Of a stretch of DNA of 64,000 nucleotides, positions 59,486 through 64,000 are shown in pieces (position 1 is the stretch's first letter; every line of letters begins with the position of its first letter). The position numbers and the translations under genes were made by a program. The notes under the pieces were generated by a model, which saw nothing but the letters and a program-made list of their open reading frames with translations, did no database searches and was not told the origin of the DNA. The stretch is from IMG/VR virus record IMGVR_UViG_3300009164_000062, one strand, 5' to 3'. Source of the stretch: an uncultured virus (IMG/VR IMGVR_UViG_3300009164_000062). Taxonomy: Duplodnaviria; Heunggongvirae; Uroviricota; Caudoviricetes.

Positions 59486-60573
59486 TATGTAACATAAAAA
59501 CATCACTCTTGATTGAATTTGAAATCCGTAAAGCTGTCAATGTATTATCGTTATCCGAGGTTACTAGTAAAAGAAAAATTGTTATAATTGACAGAAATGT
59601 TTATGAGTTATATTCCGATCAACTATTTGATGACGTAGATTCGTTGTTATTTATAGACTCGTCCGAAGAAAACAAAGATTGGGCAAATGCGGAAATGGTA
59701 CTAACCTTCTTAGAAGAAAATAAAATATTACGTAGGTCAGAACCAGTCATAGCAATAGGTGGCGGAGTCTTATTAGACTTAGTAGGATTTTGCTGTAGTA
59801 TATATCGTAGGGGTATTCCTTACATTCGTATACCCACGACATTACTAGCAATCGTTGACGCTAGTGTGGGAGCAAAAACAAGCATAAATCATTTTAATAG
59901 AAGAAATCGTTTGGGTAGTTTTTATCCACCACAACTAACATTGATTGACACTACGTTTATCAAAACACAATCCGATAGAGAAATATCTAATGGCTTTGCA
60001 GAGATATTGAAATTAGCAATCGTGTTAGATAGTAAGTTGTTTGAATTAATAGAAACAGATTCAGATAAGTTACTACAGTGCAAATTTCAAAATACCACAC
60101 ATTCAACTGAAATAATTGAACGGGCAATTGCAGGTATGACCAAAGAACTTAATGATAATTTGTGGGAGCAAGAATTAGAAAGACCAGTAGATTTTGGTCA
60201 TTCATTCAGTCCTCTAATTGAAATGAAGAACCTACCTAATCTACTTCACGGAGAAGCAGTTATACTAGATTGTTTATTAAGTTGCTGTATATCAACTGTT
60301 AGAAACCTTCTTTCAGCGGATGAGTTAACTAGAATATTTAATTTGACTAGAAAAATGAATCTACCTGTAACTCATACTGATTTTTTAAATAGCACATTAT
60401 TGTTAGAAGGCTTGTCTGATGTAATGAAGCACAGAAACGGAAATCAATACTTACCTATACCAGCATCTATTGGACAGTGTAAAATCATCAATGACCTAAC
60501 ACCTACTGAATTAGAATCAGCAATACAACTAATGAGATTATATGAAAAAGACCATATTGATTACTGGCACTAG
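59482..60573 (+). CDS. Sugar-phosphate cyclase, EEVS-like (2-epi-5-epi-valiolone synthase; DHQS superfamily)
   Basis: AIGGGVLLDLVGF, RRGIPYIRIPTTLLAIVDASVGAKT, RNRLGSF, NGFAEILK, EL..NLWE..L.R.VDFGHSFSP, LLHGEAV. Confidence 0.8.
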   Translation: MICNIKTSLLIEFEIRKAVNVLSLSEVTSKRKIVIIDRNVYELYSDQLFDDVDSLLFIDSSEENKDWANAEMVLTFLEENKILRRSEPVIAIGGGVLLDLVGFCCSIYRRGIPYIRIPTTLLAIVDASVGAKTSINHFNRRNRLGSFYPPQLTLIDTTFIKTQSDREISNGFAEILKLAIVLDSKLFELIETDSDKLLQCKFQNTTHSTEIIERAIAGMTKELNDNLWEQELERPVDFGHSFSPLIEMKNLPNLLHGEAVILDCLLSCCISTVRNLLSADELTRIFNLTRKMNLPVTHTDFLNSTLLLEGLSDVMKHRNGNQYLPIPASIGQCKIINDLTPTELESAIQLMRLYEKDHIDYWH

Positions 60574-61207
60574 TAGTGGTCTAGGTTTAGCTCTGGCAAA
60601 ACACTATAGCAAGAATCACAATGTTATTGGATTAAGTAGAACCAATGTAGAAATGCCTAATTATACTCATCATATTTGTGATATTAGTAACTTTGATAAC
60701 GTATCTAAAACATTTTATTCCATCGGTGATAGTGAAATTGATTTACTGATTAATAATGCAGGGGTATTTGATATGGTCAAGTTTACTCAAACATCTATCC
60801 ATACTATTGACCGTGTTATTAATACTAACCTGTCAGGTGCCATGTATGTAACCAGATTAGCATTAGAGTCAATGCCAGATCATAGTAAAATAGTCTTTAT
60901 CAATAGTGTAGCAGGATTAGAAGAATTAGAGAATCAAAGTATATATTGTGCTAGTAAGTATGGTCTAACTGCATTTGCTGGAATACTTGGTAAAGAACTA
61001 AGAGACAGACATATCAAAGTCTCTAGCATACACCCCGGTGGGATTAATACTCCATTATGGGATAATACCCCATACCCGTTAGGAGATGCTACTAATGCAA
61101 TGGATCCAAATTCTATAATAGAAATTATCGACCTAATTGTAAACAGTAAATATGATATTGATTACAAAACTGTCAAAATGTTTCCGTCTATTGAATGGCA
61201 TAACTGA
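60542..61207 (+). CDS. Short-chain dehydrogenase/reductase
   Basis: TGTSSGLG, LINNAG, NSVAG, YCASK, PGGINT. Confidence 0.92.
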   Translation: MKKTILITGTSSGLGLALAKHYSKNHNVIGLSRTNVEMPNYTHHICDISNFDNVSKTFYSIGDSEIDLLINNAGVFDMVKFTQTSIHTIDRVINTNLSGAMYVTRLALESMPDHSKIVFINSVAGLEELENQSIYCASKYGLTAFAGILGKELRDRHIKVSSIHPGGINTPLWDNTPYPLGDATNAMDPNSIIEIIDLIVNSKYDIDYKTVKMFPSIEWHN

Positions 61208-61217
61208 AAGATAAACT

Positions 61218-61334
61218 ATGAGAAACTTATTTCAAACACTATATTATAATACAATTGGAAAATTAGTTAGAGAATACAAATATCGTAAACGACTTAAAGA
61301 GTTGAAGAAACGAGATCCATTTATCTATAAGTGA
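61218..61334 (+). CDS. Small basic peptide (38 aa; not in ORF track)
   Basis: MRNLFQTLYYNTIGKLVREYKYRKRLKELKKRDPFIYK*; fills the gap between the SDR and carbamoyltransferase genes. Confidence 0.65.
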   Translation: MRNLFQTLYYNTIGKLVREYKYRKRLKELKKRDPFIYK

Positions 61335-61336
61335 CA

Positions 61337-62827
61337 ATGAAAAATACAAATTACATAGGAATATCCGCTGGATTCCATGATGCATCTTTAGCTGTAATCA
61401 AAGACGGCGACATATTATTTGCGGGTCATAATGAACGATATAGCGGGATAAAAAATGATAAAGATATAGGCTCTGCAATAGTCAAAGATGCATTGCAATA
61501 TGTTCAAGGTGACTATGAGTTACATTACTATGAACGTCCTTGGTTAAAGTACTTGAGACAATTACGCTCAGGGGAAAATCCAAATTTAAACACATTATTT
61601 CCTAGCAGATACTTAGCTCAAGGTGCTTACAAGAGCCTAGGTAAAAAGAAAATACATACTCATGGTCATCATCTTTGCCATGCGGCTGCTGGGTTTCAAA
61701 CAAGTAATTTTACAGAAGCCACAGTATTGATAATTGATGCCATTGGGGAGTTTGACACTATAAGCGTCTGGGATGCTAGATACGATAACAATCATAAAGC
61801 TGTGTATAAAAAAATATACAGTAAAAAATACCCTGACAGTTTAGGTTTATTTTACAGTTCGTTAACAGATAGGATTGGATTAAAACCAAACGAAGAAGAA
61901 TACATTACAATGGGTATGGCAGCATATGGTGATAGTAAATACTATCCACAGATGCATATGGATCTGCTATCCGATAGTTACAACATAGATTTTAAAGACA
62001 ATTTACATTTGGGATTTCCGGGTGAATATTTACCAGATGCTAGTAATGAAGATTTAGCCGCCAGTGGACAATTACTATTAGAAGTCTTATTAAAAAATAT
62101 ATTACAACGTGCAAAAATTAACGGTTGTAGTAAGAATCTAGTATACGGCGGCGGTGTAGCACTAAACTGTTTAGCAAATAGATTTCTAGGAGAATACTTT
62201 GATAATATATGGATTATGCCTAGCCCCGGTGATAGTGGTAGTAGCCTTGGTGCTGCCGCTCTGGCTTTTGGGGGTAGAGTTAACTGGACCAATTCTTATC
62301 TCGGGTATGATATTCCTGGCCCTTATCCCGTTAATCAGTTATTGGATAGGCTACTTACTGAACAAATTGTGGGAGTTGCCTCAGGACGAGCCGAGTTCGG
62401 CCCCCGCGCACTCGGAAACCGTAGCCTCCTTGCAGACCCTAGAGGCAGCAAGATTAAGGAGAAAGTAAATGAAATTAAACGAAGACAGAAGTTCAGACCC
62501 TTTGCGCCAGTCATTCTGGAAGAGTATGTTCATAATTATTTTAACATGCCTGTCAATTGGCGTGATAGTCAGTATATGCAAGTCATCAGTACTTGTAGGT
62601 ATCCTGACTTATATCCTGCTATCGTCCATGTTGACGGCACTAGTCGTGTCCAAACTGTCCCGAATGATGGTAGCGGAATCAGAGAACTCCTTGAAAAATG
62701 GTATGTCTTAACTGGTTGTCCTATGTTGCTTAACACATCACTAAACATTAGGGGTGAGCCAATGGTTAATACTAGATTAGATGCAGATAGATTTGAAATG
62801 CATTATGGTATAAAGGTTCTTTCGTGA
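61337..62827 (+). CDS. Carbamoyltransferase (NodU/CmcH/TobZ family)
   Basis: GIS..FHDAS, ERYS..KND, HHLCHAA, DAIGE, MGMAAYG, GGVALNC, PGDSGS.LG, EFGPRALGNRS, FRPFAP, HVDGTSR.QTV, LNTSLN..GEP. Confidence 0.95.
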   Translation: MKNTNYIGISAGFHDASLAVIKDGDILFAGHNERYSGIKNDKDIGSAIVKDALQYVQGDYELHYYERPWLKYLRQLRSGENPNLNTLFPSRYLAQGAYKSLGKKKIHTHGHHLCHAAAGFQTSNFTEATVLIIDAIGEFDTISVWDARYDNNHKAVYKKIYSKKYPDSLGLFYSSLTDRIGLKPNEEEYITMGMAAYGDSKYYPQMHMDLLSDSYNIDFKDNLHLGFPGEYLPDASNEDLAASGQLLLEVLLKNILQRAKINGCSKNLVYGGGVALNCLANRFLGEYFDNIWIMPSPGDSGSSLGAAALAFGGRVNWTNSYLGYDIPGPYPVNQLLDRLLTEQIVGVASGRAEFGPRALGNRSLLADPRGSKIKEKVNEIKRRQKFRPFAPVILEEYVHNYFNMPVNWRDSQYMQVISTCRYPDLYPAIVHVDGTSRVQTVPNDGSGIRELLEKWYVLTGCPMLLNTSLNIRGEPMVNTRLDADRFEMHYGIKVLS

Positions 62828-64000
62828 TTGATTCGTCAGAATTAGATAGAAGGGAACAATTATGGTCAAGTGGTTATTGGGATATCCCTGAAAACATTGA
62901 TACTAGTAATTTTGATTTTGATTGGAGACCATTCAAGTATGACAGACCATACATACATCAGTTTGGTACACAACATCAAAAGACAGGTGGACCAAGATTT
63001 GTAATACCAAAAAACGAAGGTATAAAATATCAAACAAGCCAACATGCAATAAGATTACCTACGCCAGACTTAAGAAATTGGAGACCACTAATAGCAAACG
63101 TAGAGTTTGATTATAGCTGGCATCCTGATGAAACAGAACCGCCTTTCGTGTATGTATTTGGAAATCAATGGTATGACTCAGTTACAATGCCAACTATGCA
63201 GTACAAAATTTCAGGTGCAACTGAAAAAAAATATATTGATACAATTAAAGCCACATTAACACCTGATAAAACTAATTGGATTATTCCAGATGATATAGAA
63301 GATGATTTTGATTATAGTTGGGTACCGAGTCCTACAGAGCCACCACTAATCTGGGAATTCGGAACACAACATCAAAAGACAGGTGGTCCTAGTTATGTTG
63401 CAAAAAACGGAGTTCATACTAAGTACTCATCGGCACTAATTGCTACTAAGAAAGACAATAAAGAAGATAGATGCTGGAGACCTTTATTACCTAACATTGA
63501 TTTTGATTTTAGTTGGCATCCAGATAAAAATGATCCGCCCTACATATATGTGTTTGGCAATCAATGGTATGATAGTCTAACAATGCCTACGTTACTGTAT
63601 CGTGTAAAGGGTGCTACTGAAAAGAAGTATATGACTGATATCAAAGTCACATTAACTCCTAATAAATCTATGTGGACTATACCAGATGACATAGAAGATG
63701 ACTTTGATTATAGCTGGCTACCGCACCCAGACGAACCAGCATATATATGGCAGTTTGGAACACAATGGCAAAAAAATGGCGGCCCCAAATACAATGCGCC
63801 TAACGCAACTGTAATAAAACATTTTGATTTGCTCAGAGCAACTAAAAAAAATAATAAAGATAATCGTGCATATAGACCAGTGGTCTCAAATGTAGAGTTT
63901 GATTATAGCTGGCATCCTGATGAAGACGAACCTCCTTACATATATGTATTTGGAAATCAATGGCATAACTCAGAAGATATGCCTACTATTTTGTATCGTG
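62824..64000 (+). CDS. Tandem-repeat protein (FDYSWxP repeats), runs off the window; not in ORF track
   Basis: GTG start in a GTGA overlap with the carbamoyltransferase stop; open frame to 64000. Confidence 0.8.
   Translation, partial: MIDSSELDRREQLWSSGYWDIPENIDTSNFDFDWRPFKYDRPYIHQFGTQHQKTGGPRFVIPKNEGIKYQTSQHAIRLPTPDLRNWRPLIANVEFDYSWHPDETEPPFVYVFGNQWYDSVTMPTMQYKISGATEKKYIDTIKATLTPDKTNWIIPDDIEDDFDYSWVPSPTEPPLIWEFGTQHQKTGGPSYVAKNGVHTKYSSALIATKKDNKEDRCWRPLLPNIDFDFSWHPDKNDPPYIYVFGNQWYDSLTMPTLLYRVKGATEKKYMTDIKVTLTPNKSMWTIPDDIEDDFDYSWLPHPDEPAYIWQFGTQWQKNGGPKYNAPNATVIKHFDLLRATKKNNKDNRAYRPVVSNVEFDYSWHPDEDEPPYIYVFGNQWHNSEDMPTILYR
62911..64000 (+). repeat. Alternating 65/67-codon repeat units (396-nt higher-order period)
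   Basis: FD(Y/F)xW starts at 62911, 63106, 63307, 63502, 63703, 63898. Confidence 0.9.

Noticed and set aside
59482..60573. Shikimate-pathway aroB, or a mycosporine (DDGS) cluster
   Set aside because: Motifs fit EEVS better; no other aro genes, O-methyltransferase or ATP-grasp ligase in the window
1..64000. Stop-codon reassignment as in some large phages
   Set aside because: Genes are full length in code 11; TGA stops occur in many ATGA overlaps and TAG ends the 56376 gene just before the next start
62911..64000. CRISPR array or DGR template/variable repeats
   Set aside because: Repeats are in frame, about 200 nt, and diverge at synonymous sites; no spacers, no adenine-specific pattern noticed, no reverse transcriptase

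Overview
AT-rich segment of a large T4-like (myovirus) phage genome, standard genetic code, with no tRNA, rRNA or CRISPR seen. 1-17.3 kb is mostly minus strand. It holds the head module (major capsid gp23 cut by the window edge, scaffold, gp21 protease, core proteins, gp20 portal), a tape-measure-like protein with a C-terminal Zn-peptidase motif, and a divergent gp26/gp51-like pair. It also holds a ~440 nt hairpin-rich non-coding element, a Holliday-junction-resolvase-like nuclease, an ADP-heptose cassette (HldE nucleotidyltransferase and kinase halves, HAD phosphatase, HldD), gp46/gp47 and a gp55-like late sigma factor. 17.4-48.3 kb (plus) is the baseplate/tail module: gp53-, gp5- (split by a 1-nt frameshift), gp25- and gp6-like genes, a 5503-aa giant protein and fibre genes. 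48.4-64 kb (plus) is one tightly coupled operon of glycan-modification enzymes. Its core is the most unusual part: nucleotidyltransferase, cupin, RuBisCO-like protein (form IV), kinase-fold protein, EEVS-type sedoheptulose-7-phosphate cyclase, SDR and carbamoyltransferase. I infer a phage-encoded pathway for a nucleotide-activated C7-cyclitol (pseudo-sugar) used in virion or surface decoration. All calls come from motif recognition by eye; no searches were run.
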